From an uncultured Rivularia sp. (GTDB lineage Bacteria > Cyanobacteriota > Cyanobacteriia > Cyanobacteriales > Nostocaceae), in the NCBI GenBank assembly GCA_963665115.1, contig OY762007.1:7648001-7712000 (forward strand): a stretch of DNA of 64,000 bases. Reading direction: 5' to 3'. A program made the translations under genes and the position numbers. Of this stretch, positions 10,774 to 21,190 are shown one piece after another (the stretch's first letter is position 1; every line of letters starts with the position of its first letter). Below the pieces are notes generated by a model that was not told the DNA's origin, did not search any database, and worked only from the letters and a program-made list of their open reading frames with translations.

Positions 10774-11529
10774 CTACGAACAATAATCCCAATATTTAAA
10801 CTGCAAATCTCTCCCCTTAACTGCGATCGCACTAGCGCAATTTGAAAAAGGCTGCATTTCTAACAAACTCCATTCACCAGAATTTACAATATTTAATTTA
10901 GCAGGTTGCTCTGGAGTTAGAGAAATTTCGACTTTCTGTAAATCTTTTAATCCCGTTCCCGTTGCTTTTAAATAAGCTTCTTTGCAAGTCCAATAACGGA
11001 AAAATAGCTGTTGCTGTTGCTCTTGAGGAGCCGATTCGATTACAGCGAATTCACTTGGTGAAAAAAATCTTTGAGCCAAGGAAACCACATCGGTAGTAGA
11101 GCTAATGAATTCTAAATCGACACCGATAGAATTATTCAAACTTACTGCATACAAAGCAAAATCTTCTGAGTGAGACACATTAAAGCTGAGATTATTTTTA
11201 TTACAGCTTTCATCTAAAAACGGTTTACCGCGTTGCTCGTAACCAAACCTAATTTTAGAAGGTTCAATATTCAAATAGCCACCCAATATATTTCTGAGAA
11301 TACCCCGAGCCGCAATAAAACGTTGCCGATGTTGCTTGAAATGAAATCGTTTCGCTCTAACTAACTCATCTTCCGAAAGAATTCGCGTCAAATCTTCCAA
11401 CAACGGCATTACATTGTCAAGATTTTCTCGCCAAACATGAACTTCGTTAGGCAATAATTTAATACCAGTAATATCCGTCGGCGCTTTTAACCACATTTTA
11501 CAGTGAACAGTTATCAGATCATTATTCAT
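10774..11529 (-). CDS. hetI: Sfp/HetI-type 4'-phosphopantetheinyl transferase
   Basis: GKP, FNVSHS, IGVDLE and WTCKEAYLKATG motifs. Confidence 0.9.
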   Translation of the reverse strand: MNNDLITVHCKMWLKAPTDITGIKLLPNEVHVWRENLDNVMPLLEDLTRILSEDELVRAKRFHFKQHRQRFIAARGILRNILGGYLNIEPSKIRFGYEQRGKPFLDESCNKNNLSFNVSHSEDFALYAVSLNNSIGVDLEFISSTTDVVSLAQRFFSPSEFAVIESAPQEQQQQLFFRYWTCKEAYLKATGTGLKDLQKVEISLTPEQPAKLNIVNSGEWSLLEMQPFSNCASAIAVKGRDLQFKYWDYCS

Positions 11530-11604
11530 AACTCCTAACTCCTAACTCCTAACTCTACCCCCTCTACTTTCTTTGTCTCCCCATTATCAATTACCCATTA
11601 CCAA

Positions 11605-12651
11605 TTACCCATTACCAATTACCCATTCCAACACGCGATTCCACGCCCACCACGGGTCATTGTCTCCGCATTCTTGCTGACACTGTTTGCTGCTTAAATA
11701 ACCGACATGGCCGCCGTGGGGAGTAAGCATTAAGTCTATAGATGGGTTTTGGACGCTGGCTGCTTGTAATTCTGGGATGATGGCTGGTGCAAAAAATGGG
11801 TCGTCTGCTGCGTAAATAATTAAGGTTGGTTTAGAAAGGTTTGGTAAAAGATGTAAGGCGCTACTTGCTTGATAATATGCTTCTACTGAGGGAAAACCTA
11901 ATTTTTCTATGACTAATTCGTTGTCAAATCCCCATATGGTGTTTGCTCTTTCGATTGCTGCTGGATCTAAACTCCCTGGATGAGCATCGTGAATTTTCCA
12001 TGCCAGTTTTTTCAATGCTTTGGCAATTCTTTGTTCTAAAAATCTACCTACTGGATAACTTGTTAAATATTTAAGGGAAGGATTGGAATCTAAGCTAGGA
12101 CAAATTACCGCACCACCCCCTATATCGCTTTCTTTTATGCCAATTTCCGAATCTTTGGTTGATTCAACTGCTGCTTTAATTGCCCATAAAGCTAACTGCC
12201 CTCCCAATGAAAATCCTGTAAACCAAAATTTCGGGGGACATCCCATTGATAAAGCTTTTGCTGCGATGCGAACGAAATCTTCTCCTTCGTACAAGCCATC
12301 GCTGGTTAAAGTGGGTGATAGTTCTGCTGTTTTGCCGTGGGCACGCCAATCAAATAATACTACTGCGTAACCTTGAGCGTAGGCTTTACGTCCTAAAATT
12401 TTCAGAAACCATTCTTCTTCTAAATCGCCGATAATGCCGTAAGTGCCCACAATTGTACCGCGTGGGTTTTCTGGAATGGCGACTAAGCCGAATATAGGTA
12501 CTCCTTGCGCCCCTGTAAATACTTGCTCTTGATAATTAGGTTCTGGCAAGTTGAGAGCATCCCAATTGTTTTTTCCCCACAATGCGGCACCAACAGTCAT
12601 TGACACGCCGTTTCGTAAAAACCAAGGTGGATTGTAGGTTGAAGAAAGCAT
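11605..12651 (-). CDS. YheT-like alpha/beta hydrolase
   Basis: GFSLGG nucleophile elbow, ADDPF, GGHVGY. Confidence 0.85.
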   Translation of the reverse strand: MLSSTYNPPWFLRNGVSMTVGAALWGKNNWDALNLPEPNYQEQVFTGAQGVPIFGLVAIPENPRGTIVGTYGIIGDLEEEWFLKILGRKAYAQGYAVVLFDWRAHGKTAELSPTLTSDGLYEGEDFVRIAAKALSMGCPPKFWFTGFSLGGQLALWAIKAAVESTKDSEIGIKESDIGGGAVICPSLDSNPSLKYLTSYPVGRFLEQRIAKALKKLAWKIHDAHPGSLDPAAIERANTIWGFDNELVIEKLGFPSVEAYYQASSALHLLPNLSKPTLIIYAADDPFFAPAIIPELQAASVQNPSIDLMLTPHGGHVGYLSSKQCQQECGDNDPWWAWNRVLEWVIGNG

Positions 12652-12808
12652 TGTATAAGATATTCTGTCTAAAAAGTAGTTTGTTTAAGAATATTTTAAT
12701 TTTAAGCTTTATGTTAAATTTCAAATTTTTTTTATAATCATTAAAGCAATCTTTGTATTTTCCAAAGATTCTTAACTTACCTTAACGCCTAGTAACAATT
12801 ATTTCATA

Positions 12809-13564
12809 ATGCCGAGAATTCTTGTCATAGATGACGATCCAGCGATTTCTGAGTTAGTGGCTGTTAATTTAGAAATGGCTGGTTATGATGTTAGCCAAGC
12901 TGAAGACGGTATCAAGGGGCAGGCTTTAGCTCTCCAGCTACAGCCCGACTTGATTATGTTGGATTTGATGTTGCCCAAAGTCGATGGATTCACCGTATGT
13001 CAACGCTTGCGGAGAGATGAGCGTACTTCTGATATTCCGGTTTTAATGCTAACTGCTTTAAGCCAAACTCAGGATAAAGTTGAAGGTTTTAATGCTGGTG
13101 CCGACGATTATCTCACCAAACCTTTTGAAGTAGAAGAAATGCTCGCACGGGTAAGAGCCTTACTCCGACGTACCGATCGCATACCCCAAGCAGCCAAGCA
13201 CAGCGAAATTCTTAATTACGGCCCTTTGACTTTAGTTCCCGAAAGATTTGAGGCCATATGGTTTACTCAAACGGTGAAATTAACTCACCTAGAATTTGAA
13301 CTACTTCATTGTTTGCTGCAACGACACGGACAAACCGTTTCTCCCAGCGAAATACTCCGAGAAGTTTGGGGTTACGATCCAGATGATGATATTGAAACCA
13401 TTCGCGTTCACGTCAGACATTTGAGAACCAAGCTCGAACCAGATCCTCGCCATCCCCGCTATATAAAGACGGTATATGGTGCGGGATATTGTTTGGAATT
13501 ACCCAGTAATCCTCCATCAACCGAAGAACTGTCAACAACAGAAGTCGGAACCACTCCCACTTAA
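12809..13564 (+). CDS. rpaA: OmpR-family response regulator RpaA (circadian output)
   Basis: Characteristic sequence throughout: [47 protein letters not shown]. Confidence 0.95.
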   Translation: MPRILVIDDDPAISELVAVNLEMAGYDVSQAEDGIKGQALALQLQPDLIMLDLMLPKVDGFTVCQRLRRDERTSDIPVLMLTALSQTQDKVEGFNAGADDYLTKPFEVEEMLARVRALLRRTDRIPQAAKHSEILNYGPLTLVPERFEAIWFTQTVKLTHLEFELLHCLLQRHGQTVSPSEILREVWGYDPDDDIETIRVHVRHLRTKLEPDPRHPRYIKTVYGAGYCLELPSNPPSTEELSTTEVGTTPT

Positions 13565-13769
13565 GTTTTAGTTGTCGAAATAAATTAATTACAAATTTCT
13601 CCCACGTCAATTCTTTTTGCTGAAAACTTGGGAAATATTCCTTATGGAATTTTAGATTTTAGATTTTAGATTTTTAAAATATTTATAGGTTAGAAATTAG
13701 GAGTTAGGAGGCGCGGAGTTAGGAGTTGAGAATTTAATTTGTCCCCATTTCCTATTACCCATTACCCAT

Positions 13770-13872
13770 TAAGCTGACGTGCAGCTAAATTGTATAAGGT
13801 AAAGAATTTGAACGATTGTAGTGCGGGCATCTTGCCCGCTTCTCATATACAAATTGAATACGCAACAGCTTA
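13770..13872. mobile_element. MITE-like element, family B (TAAGCTG...CAGCTTA ends, internal GCGGGCATCTTGCCCGC palindrome)
   Basis: Terminal inverted repeats; homologous copy at 31589-31691; inserted between STRR tracts. Confidence 0.7.
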
Positions 13873-13911
13873 CCAATCCCCAATTCCCAATCCCCAACGC
13901 CCAATCCCCAG

Positions 13912-14787
13912 TTATCTAATAGAAAAAAATTCCAACCGATATTTATATAAAGCAACTGGCTTATTAGCTGCCTTAAAGTAATCTGAGTCTTGGGATGAAA
14001 GGTATACGGCTGTTACTTGATTCGCTTCAATTGCTGGTTCTGCTGGGGATGATGTGGATAATGGTCTATATGCCGTAGTTGATTCTACTGAATTGATGTA
14101 GGGACGCGAACCGCCTTTAAATAGCTGTTTAAATACTTCCGTTGCAATAAATCTTCCGTCTGTAGCGTTTTCTGTTGCGCGATTTTTGACAATGGAAATT
14201 AGTTGACGATCGCAAATAATTTCCTCAGCACATCGGCTCTGCAAAAATGTAATCTGACGGTTGGGAGAATCGGGATCTACTTTAACCGCTTTAACTGCAT
14301 TATTACCTAAAACTGCTCTTGCTAAGTTCAATCCGTTATATGCGCGATCGGCAATAATAACCTCACTCCTTTTCAAGGAGAGGGGTGTCTGAGATGTTAC
14401 CTTACTTACTTCCCTTCTCTTTAATAATGAGAGGGGTGTCTGATAGGACGGGGTGAGGTTTTCCCTCTTCGATTGATTGACAAATCTTACCTTAAAACTA
14501 ACTGGTCGATCGAGATACTGACGATTACTTTCAAACCCCGGTGTAACAATATCTGGTGCTAAAGGGGCAACTAAATCAACTAAGGTACTTTTTACTTCCC
14601 ACTCTCCCTCGATCCATTCAGGATAAATTAAGTCTCCTACGGCAGGTTGTACCTCAGTTAATTTCTCCCACTGCGTCCAGTTTTCTAATCTGCTATTTAA
14701 CTCTCCGGCATTAGCATTATCGCTACACAAAACTGATAAAAAAATCAAGCAAAGAACCCAAATTAGCTTCATAGTATTTGTTTTCAA
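13912..14787 (-). CDS. Conserved cyanobacterial exported protein (DUF6816-like)
   Basis: Signal peptide, DLIYPEW..GEW, ADRAYN, C-terminal PVALYKY; contains an in-frame repeat insertion at ~14361-14460. Confidence 0.65.
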   Translation of the reverse strand: MKTNTMKLIWVLCLIFLSVLCSDNANAGELNSRLENWTQWEKLTEVQPAVGDLIYPEWIEGEWEVKSTLVDLVAPLAPDIVTPGFESNRQYLDRPVSFKVRFVNQSKRENLTPSYQTPLSLLKRREVSKVTSQTPLSLKRSEVIIADRAYNGLNLARAVLGNNAVKAVKVDPDSPNRQITFLQSRCAEEIICDRQLISIVKNRATENATDGRFIATEVFKQLFKGGSRPYINSVESTTAYRPLSTSSPAEPAIEANQVTAVYLSSQDSDYFKAANKPVALYKYRLEFFSIR

Positions 14788-15316
14788 AATATATCAATAA
14801 TTATCTAATTAATAGAACATCTAATCAAAATAAATGTTGCGTTTTTTCACCAAAATTAACTTTATACTCAAGAATGTATACATAAACATGGCTTTATATA
14901 GAGGTAATGAAATAAACAATTGTAATTAAGAAAATGCCATGAATTTTTAATATTAAATAGTCAAGACTCATAAGGCTTAGAGTAAAATTTCATAAATATC
15001 GTGAGTATAAGTTCTAGCAATTATCAATCGGAAAATAATTAAAAGTAACCTTGAATACATTGTATATCGATTCTAAATAATACTTTTAAATACCGGTCTA
15101 CATGGGTTATTACGTAAACCAGTTAAGTTAGTAAAATTGCATTGAACTTTTATACGCTGATATTTAAGGCGCAAAACTAGTAATATGTTTTTGAACCGAT
15201 ACGATTGCGTAATAATTACGATAGGTTGAGTCGCAACAAATACCTAAATTGAAATATTGCTCGGGTGCAAACTCAGTAAGAAATTAAACATTATTAAAAT
15301 TAACAGTTAAACGATT

Positions 15317-16199
15317 ATGAGTCTTAGTAGTTCATTTACAGATTTTTCCTTAGCTGAATTGTTTCAACTAATCGATCGAGGACGCAAATCGGGTTGTTTA
15401 AGTGTATGTACTTTGCCAGATATTAATTCTGCCCAATCCAAAGCAAAATACTTTTATATTTGGTTTAGAAGCGGACGTATTGTTGCAGCAACACATCGTT
15501 TAGGTGGTAAAGGTTTAGTTTCTAAAATTGCACAAAGAAGTTGGGGCCGAACCGCAGGTTATAGAAACCATTTATAGTAATGCATCTACAACTACACCTT
15601 TAGGTTTGCAGTTCAAAACTCAAGATATTTTAAGTGCAGAACAATTAAATTTATTATTTGCCAATCAACTACAGCAAGTGCGCCAATTATTTGAAATTCA
15701 AAAAGGTGTATTTAAATTAGATTGCAAAGCCGCTTTACCAATGTCTGAAATGACAGGATTAAGCTTGAGAGCTACGGAAGTCACTTTAATGGCTTTAAGA
15801 GTATTGAAAAATTGGCAAGTTTTAGAAGATGCGCTTCCCAATGAAGAGTCGGGTATAAGAAATATTACCGATTCTAAACCGCAAATTCGCTTAAATCCCT
15901 TTGAATGGCAATTGTGGGAATTTGCTTCGGGGGATATTTCCATAAAAGATATTGCAGTTCAACTGAATCAACCAACCATCAAGATTCAGCAAGCAGCTTT
16001 CCGATTAATGCTTGTAGGTTTGATCGAAGAAGTACCCCAGATAACATCAAATTGCCATGAGTCCCATTATGATATGGATTTGACGTGGGTAAGCAAGTAC
16101 GGTTCGCGAGCAGCTAAAAAATATCGAGAATCGCAAGCACCCACAGTCAGTAGCTCGTTGTTGCAAAATCTTGTAGGGTATTTAAGGAGTAAAGCTTAA
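15317..16199 (+). CDS. DUF4388 (PatA-N-like) domain protein, frameshift at ~15545
   Basis: FSLAELFQLI..GRKSG.L, IWF..GRIVAA; removing one G of GGGG (15543-15546) joins the two ORFs as RSWAEPQVIE. Confidence 0.8.
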
Positions 16200-16747
16200 T
16201 GTCATCAGAAATTTTCCGCATTGTAGTTACAGGAGGTGTAGGAGCGGGAAAAACTACATTTATTCAGACAATCAGTGAAATTGATGTAGTTGATACCGAT
16301 AAAAGAGCAACCGATGAGCTAGCCGAATTAAAGGAAAAAACCACAGTCGCTTTAGACTTTGGAAAACTAACAATCGCATCCAATCAATCATTACATTTGT
16401 ACGGTACTCCCGGACAAGAACGATTTGATTTTATGTGGGACATTTTGATTGAAAAAGCCCACGCTTACATTCTTTTAGTAGATGCACATCGTCCGAATCA
16501 ATTCCGTCATGCACGCAAACTTTTGAACTACATGAATCAAAATGCGTCTATTCCGGAATTAATAGGAATAACCCACACTGATTGTGCCGATGCATGGGAA
16601 ATAGAAGATATAGCCTTAGCTTTAGGATTTCAAGACGAAACCAATTTACCACCTATAATCAATGTCAACCCTAACGAACGCGAATCCGTATTTGAAGCAT
16701 TAATTAAAATTGTCGAACAATTAGAATCCACTCGTCAGACGGAATGA
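16199..16747 (+). CDS. MglA/CvnD-like small GTPase
   Basis: GGVGAGKTT, TTVALDFG, GTPGQERF, THTD; start overlaps the upstream stop (TAATG). Confidence 0.9.
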   Translation: MSSEIFRIVVTGGVGAGKTTFIQTISEIDVVDTDKRATDELAELKEKTTVALDFGKLTIASNQSLHLYGTPGQERFDFMWDILIEKAHAYILLVDAHRPNQFRHARKLLNYMNQNASIPELIGITHTDCADAWEIEDIALALGFQDETNLPPIINVNPNERESVFEALIKIVEQLESTRQTE

Positions 16748-17003
16748 GTTAGGGAGTAAGAGAAGGTGAGACAAGGAGGGAGGGGGAGAAGAAGGAGACG
16801 GCGATACAACTAACTCCTAACTCCCAACTCCATCCGTTGCCTAACTCCTAAAAAATTTGTAAAACATAAAGTATAAATAATCTTTTCTTATTCAATAATT
16901 AACCTGTTTCGTTTTAAAATTTACCAAGTCTTGAGTATTACCATTTTTTAGTTACGCTTTATTGTAATTAAAACCCAAGATAAAACTCAGGAATCAAGAA
17001 TAA

Positions 17004-17594
17004 ATGCCTCTGGGTAAAATTATCAATTTTTTAAAGGGAGTATTTCAAAAGCTTCCTGCTGAGTCAGTAGATTCTTCGGAATTGCCCGAGACGGAAAATA
17101 ATCCACTAAGGGAAACTACGGAAAATACTGTTTTGTCGCCAAAAAATGTAAGTGAAGTTACAATGGCTCAGTCTATTACGGAAACTTCTCAAACATCTTT
17201 ACCAATAATTCTGGAGGAAAAAAAAGTGATCAATGTTTCCATGCTGCAAGATGAACTGCAAAACTTTGTCAGTGCTGGTTCCGATGTTCAAGGCGCAGCT
17301 TTAGTAAGTCCTGATGGCTTAGCTTTGGCTTCGGTTTTACCTGGAGGAATGGACGAAGAACGTACTGCTGCTATGTCTGCATCCATGCTTTCGTTAGGCG
17401 AACGTATCGGTAGAGAATTAGCCCGTGGAAGCATCGATAGAATTGTTGTAGAAGGTGAAAAAGGCTACGGTGTATTAGTTGGCTGTGGCGCTGATGCTGT
17501 TTTATTAGTTTTAGCTGGTGCTGGTGTCAAGCAAGGCTTATTATTTTTAGAAGTTAAAAGAATTGTCGCTAAAATCGCGCCCTTAGTAGCTTGA
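17004..17594 (+). CDS. Roadblock/LC7 (MglB-like) protein
   Basis: GAALVSPDGL.LAS, AAMSASMLSLGER; alternative GTG start at 17226 preceded by GGAGG. Confidence 0.9.
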   Translation: MPLGKIINFLKGVFQKLPAESVDSSELPETENNPLRETTENTVLSPKNVSEVTMAQSITETSQTSLPIILEEKKVINVSMLQDELQNFVSAGSDVQGAALVSPDGLALASVLPGGMDEERTAAMSASMLSLGERIGRELARGSIDRIVVEGEKGYGVLVGCGADAVLLVLAGAGVKQGLLFLEVKRIVAKIAPLVA

Positions 17595-18020
17595 CTAGAT
17601 TTAAGTAATCCTTATGACGATGTTTGGATTGGGGATTTCATTTAATTCCAGTCCAAACTTTTCTGGGTTACTTTAATACTATTTTCCGTAAATAATCCAA
17701 TTTACAACCACCTGAAACCTTTTCGGTATAAAGCATTAGGAGATTTTAGCATCTGCGTTCATAATGAAAGCAGCAATTTTAAGAATCGAAGATGCATTGA
17801 GCAAAAAACCAACCGCGATGGACAAAGCGTCATATACTTCCATATCGCACTAACAACAACAGATCCCCAGCGCGGTAAAAGTCAAGTTTCATAGTTGGCT
17901 TTTGAAAAATCATTTTTGTAAAAGCAGGATTGCTTTGTATGATTTATGACAAAAGGTGGCACATTTGGCTTGACTTATACTAAGATTGATTTTTTTGATA
18001 CATAACAGGAGCTTCCTAGA

Positions 18021-18575
18021 ATGTCTATAGAACCACGAGCGTTTATGTCTACTTTAGAAAAGCGCGTTTGCTTAACGGCAGAAGATAAAGCCTTACTTCA
18101 ATCTGAAATAGATTGGGGAAAAGAAATTGCTCCGGAAATGGCAGAACATTTTTATGCTTATTTAGGACGTGATGAAGAAATGAATTCCATTTTAACTGCC
18201 ACCGAAGGACGCATTCATCGTCTGAGAGAAACATTTGTTGAGTGGTTTTACGAAATGTTTACAGGCATGGATGACTGGGGTCAAGATTATGCCGATCGCC
18301 GCTGGAAGATAGGTCTAGTTCACGTTCGTATCGGTATCGGTCCTCAGCACGTTGTGCCTGCAATGGCGACCGTAATTAGAGAAGCAGGTCAGCGTGCTAA
18401 AACAGACGGTAAAAGCGAAGAAATCAAGGACGCTTTAGGACGTATTTGCATGATTGACTTAGCTTTTATTGAACAGGCTTACGTGGAAGTATCTTCAGAA
18501 GCTGTTTTGAGAGAAACTGGTTGGACTGAAGGTTTATTCAGACGTTTGATTGCGACTGGTGCTAATTCGATGTAA
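18021..18575 (+). CDS. Stand-alone protoglobin-family (globin-coupled sensor-type) heme protein
   Basis: FYAYL (B10 Tyr), IGLVHVRIGI (proximal His), AGGAG RBS. Confidence 0.85.
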   Translation: MSIEPRAFMSTLEKRVCLTAEDKALLQSEIDWGKEIAPEMAEHFYAYLGRDEEMNSILTATEGRIHRLRETFVEWFYEMFTGMDDWGQDYADRRWKIGLVHVRIGIGPQHVVPAMATVIREAGQRAKTDGKSEEIKDALGRICMIDLAFIEQAYVEVSSEAVLRETGWTEGLFRRLIATGANSM

Positions 18576-19060
18576 AAACTTTCTCTATCAGAAATGCAAA
18601 TCGAAGACCGCGCAATATCATAGAAGATAACGGAGATCGGGAGTTAGAAATTGGAAATAAGATGTTTCTTTCTCCTGATTTTCTCAGTCTAAAAATTACT
18701 TATTTATTAAGCATACAAAGTTTTTTATTATACTCATTATTCGCATAATAGCTCGATCGATATTTCGCTCACTCTCAGTTTATAAAAATCACTTTGCAAT
18801 AAGTCATAGTTCCCTAATATAAAAGATAGTTTTTACACAGTAAACATTTAGATGTATCTCAACCCTATTTTATTTTGAAAAAGTCTAAAATATATTTTAG
18901 ATTTAAAATTATACATAGCGATATTTATTTATTACCAATAGTGCTAGTGCGACAGTAAAGTTCTAATATATGCATCTAAATTTTTAGGTACTCCGATTCA
19001 ATAAAAAATATCTGGTTCTAACTTATTCCCAGCTTTTTATAATTATTAAAAAAAGGCGAT

Positions 19061-19084
19061 TGTCCGCGTAGCTGGCGCTACGAA
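19061..19084 (-). repeat. 24-nt small dispersed repeat inserted in a HIP1 site
   Basis: Minus strand GCG|ttcgtagcgccagctacgcggaca|ATCGC. Confidence 0.65.
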
Positions 19085-19681
19085 CGCCAACCTATAAAAC
19101 CAACCAAAAATGGGTAAGAAGCCTTGAGGCAAGAGGTTGAAAAATACATTAAAGCACGAGAATTATATTATTTCAAGTTATTTTAAGTCAATTGTCATCA
19201 TCCAATAATATATAGGTTTTCAGATAATTCTTTTTTATCCATAATTTTTTTATTAGTCAATTGTTAATGCAGCCGTTTGATATGTTCTAACTTTCGGGCT
19301 ATTCCTATAGATAGAATTAATTAGTTGACATATTAACTTACATTTTCTTCATTCTTCCTTGTTTTCCCTCACTTTTCTTGATGTACAAAAGGTTTAGAAT
19401 TCATTGTTCTACAATTTTATTACTTGAAAATTGTATCTAGACATACTTTTATTTTTAAATTCGTTAATTATACTGACCGCAGAAAAATAAAGTTGAACGG
19501 GTGTTTCTACCGAAGCGATTCAATCGCTTTGACAATAAGACTTCTGACCGCACAATCTGTAAACATTGTGGGGGTTGTACTTTTTATTGTTATTAAATAA
19601 ACTGTGCGATTCCTTGTCAGTTTTTTTTGGTAATCTACATAGTCTCGTAAGGTCTGCTTATTCCCGTTTGCAGGACAATTA

Positions 19682-20593
19682 TTGTGTATGGCAAGCTCTT
19701 TTTCCTTTTTAACAACACCTTTAGATCTTCATTCCGATTTTCAAGTAGAGAATACACGTAATCAAACAGTAAATGATAGTCAAATAGACAAACCAACGGC
19801 TTTAAGCGTCTATTTATTGGAGCGAAGAATAGACTGTATGTCTATTTCCTCGATTGTGGAAGCAATTCATCAAGCTTGCAGAGAAAACAAGAAAATAACT
19901 GTGGCGAATTATAATATTCACAGTTTCAATTTATCCATGCAACTGCCTTGGTATTACGAATTTCTCCAAAGTGCAGAGATTGCTAATTGTGATAGTGTAG
20001 GAATATTAAAAGCAATCGGGTATATGGGATTAGATTTACCCTTAGATTACCGAACTTCCTATACGCTTTTAATGCCTAAAGTCTTAGAAAGCTGCGATCG
20101 CAAAAAGTATTCGGTGTTTTTATTGGGTGGAAAGCCCCAATATCTAGAAACTGCGATCAATAATTTACAGCTTAAGTATCCTAGAGTTAGTTTTGCCGGG
20201 CATCATGGATATTTTGATAAACAAGATCCGCAAGCAAATCAATCGGCTATTGAGAAAATCAATCAGTTTAGACCAAATGTTTTAATTGTGGGTATGGGAA
20301 TGCCGATTCAGGAATATTGGGTACATCAGCATCGTCATTCTTTGCAAGTAAATGTCATCATGCTGGGTGGAGCAATTATCGATCGGATGGCTGGAGTAGT
20401 ACCAGACTGTCCGCACATGATATCTGACGCAGGTTTTGAGTGGTTTTATCGCTTTTGTCGCGAACCGAAACGTTTAGCAGCTCGTTATTTGCTAGGAAAT
20501 CCGGCTTTTGCACTGCATATAGCTTTAGCAATGTTTCATAAAATGTCTTTACGAGTTGAATTAACACCGAAATTAGAAAATTTAGATTTATAG
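19682..20593 (+). CDS. WecG/TagA/CpsF family glycosyltransferase
   Basis: VFLLGG, GHHGYF, VGMGMP.QE, EWFYR..REPKRL..RY. Confidence 0.9.
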   Translation: MCMASSFSFLTTPLDLHSDFQVENTRNQTVNDSQIDKPTALSVYLLERRIDCMSISSIVEAIHQACRENKKITVANYNIHSFNLSMQLPWYYEFLQSAEIANCDSVGILKAIGYMGLDLPLDYRTSYTLLMPKVLESCDRKKYSVFLLGGKPQYLETAINNLQLKYPRVSFAGHHGYFDKQDPQANQSAIEKINQFRPNVLIVGMGMPIQEYWVHQHRHSLQVNVIMLGGAIIDRMAGVVPDCPHMISDAGFEWFYRFCREPKRLAARYLLGNPAFALHIALAMFHKMSLRVELTPKLENLDL

Positions 20594-20654
20594 CAATAAA
20601 GGTTTGTAGTGGGAGCGTCTCGCTCCCTCGTTACGACGCGACTAGCGAGCAAGA

Positions 20655-21090
20655 TGCATATTCCACACTGAGCCGCACTTCGTGAACGTTAACGCACTCC
20701 CGGATAACCCTCATAACTTATGTGGTGAAGTACTACTAGTCGATTGCATTAAATTTAACGGGTTCGTTTTTCCGGAAACTTTGGGAGACGTAGCACTGCT
20801 ACGTCTCTACATCCCATCGGAATTAATGTGGTGGAGTACTAGTAGTTGATTGCATAAATTCTGATGGGTGTATAGAAAAAATAAAAGATTATTCTACCCC
20901 CTCTACCCTCTCTTCCCCCTCTTCCCCCTCTTCCCCCTCCCCATCTTTACCCATTAAAACAAATGAAAAGGACTACTAGTCGATTGCATTAAATTTAACG
21001 GGTTCGTTTTTCCGGAAATTTTGGGAGACTACATCCCATCGGAATTAATGAAAAGGACTACTAGTCGATTGCATTAATTTTACGGGTTAA
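20655..21090. mobile_element. Tandem cluster of MITE-like units, family A
   Basis: Recurrent junction TACTAGTCGATTGCATTAA at ~20734, 20975, 21059 and a variant at ~20837; units carry different internal sequences. Confidence 0.7.
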
Positions 21091-21190
21091 TAAAAGTTTG
21101 TAGTCAGAGTTTTAACTCTTGTCTATTTCCTACTCCCTATTTTTAATTTTTCTAAAAGTTAACAAGATTATTACTTCGATTGGTAAAATA

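Noticed and set aside
10774..11529. NRPS/PKS biosynthetic cluster around the PPTase
   Set aside because: No carrier-protein or synthase genes in the window
17805..17905. Riboswitch upstream of the protoglobin gene
   Set aside because: Some pairing (ACCGCG/CGCGGT) but no recognisable aptamer consensus
20730..21090. CRISPR array
   Set aside because: Unit lengths are irregular (~85-140 bp), two interiors are near-duplicates, copies occur as dispersed solo elements, and no cas genes are present
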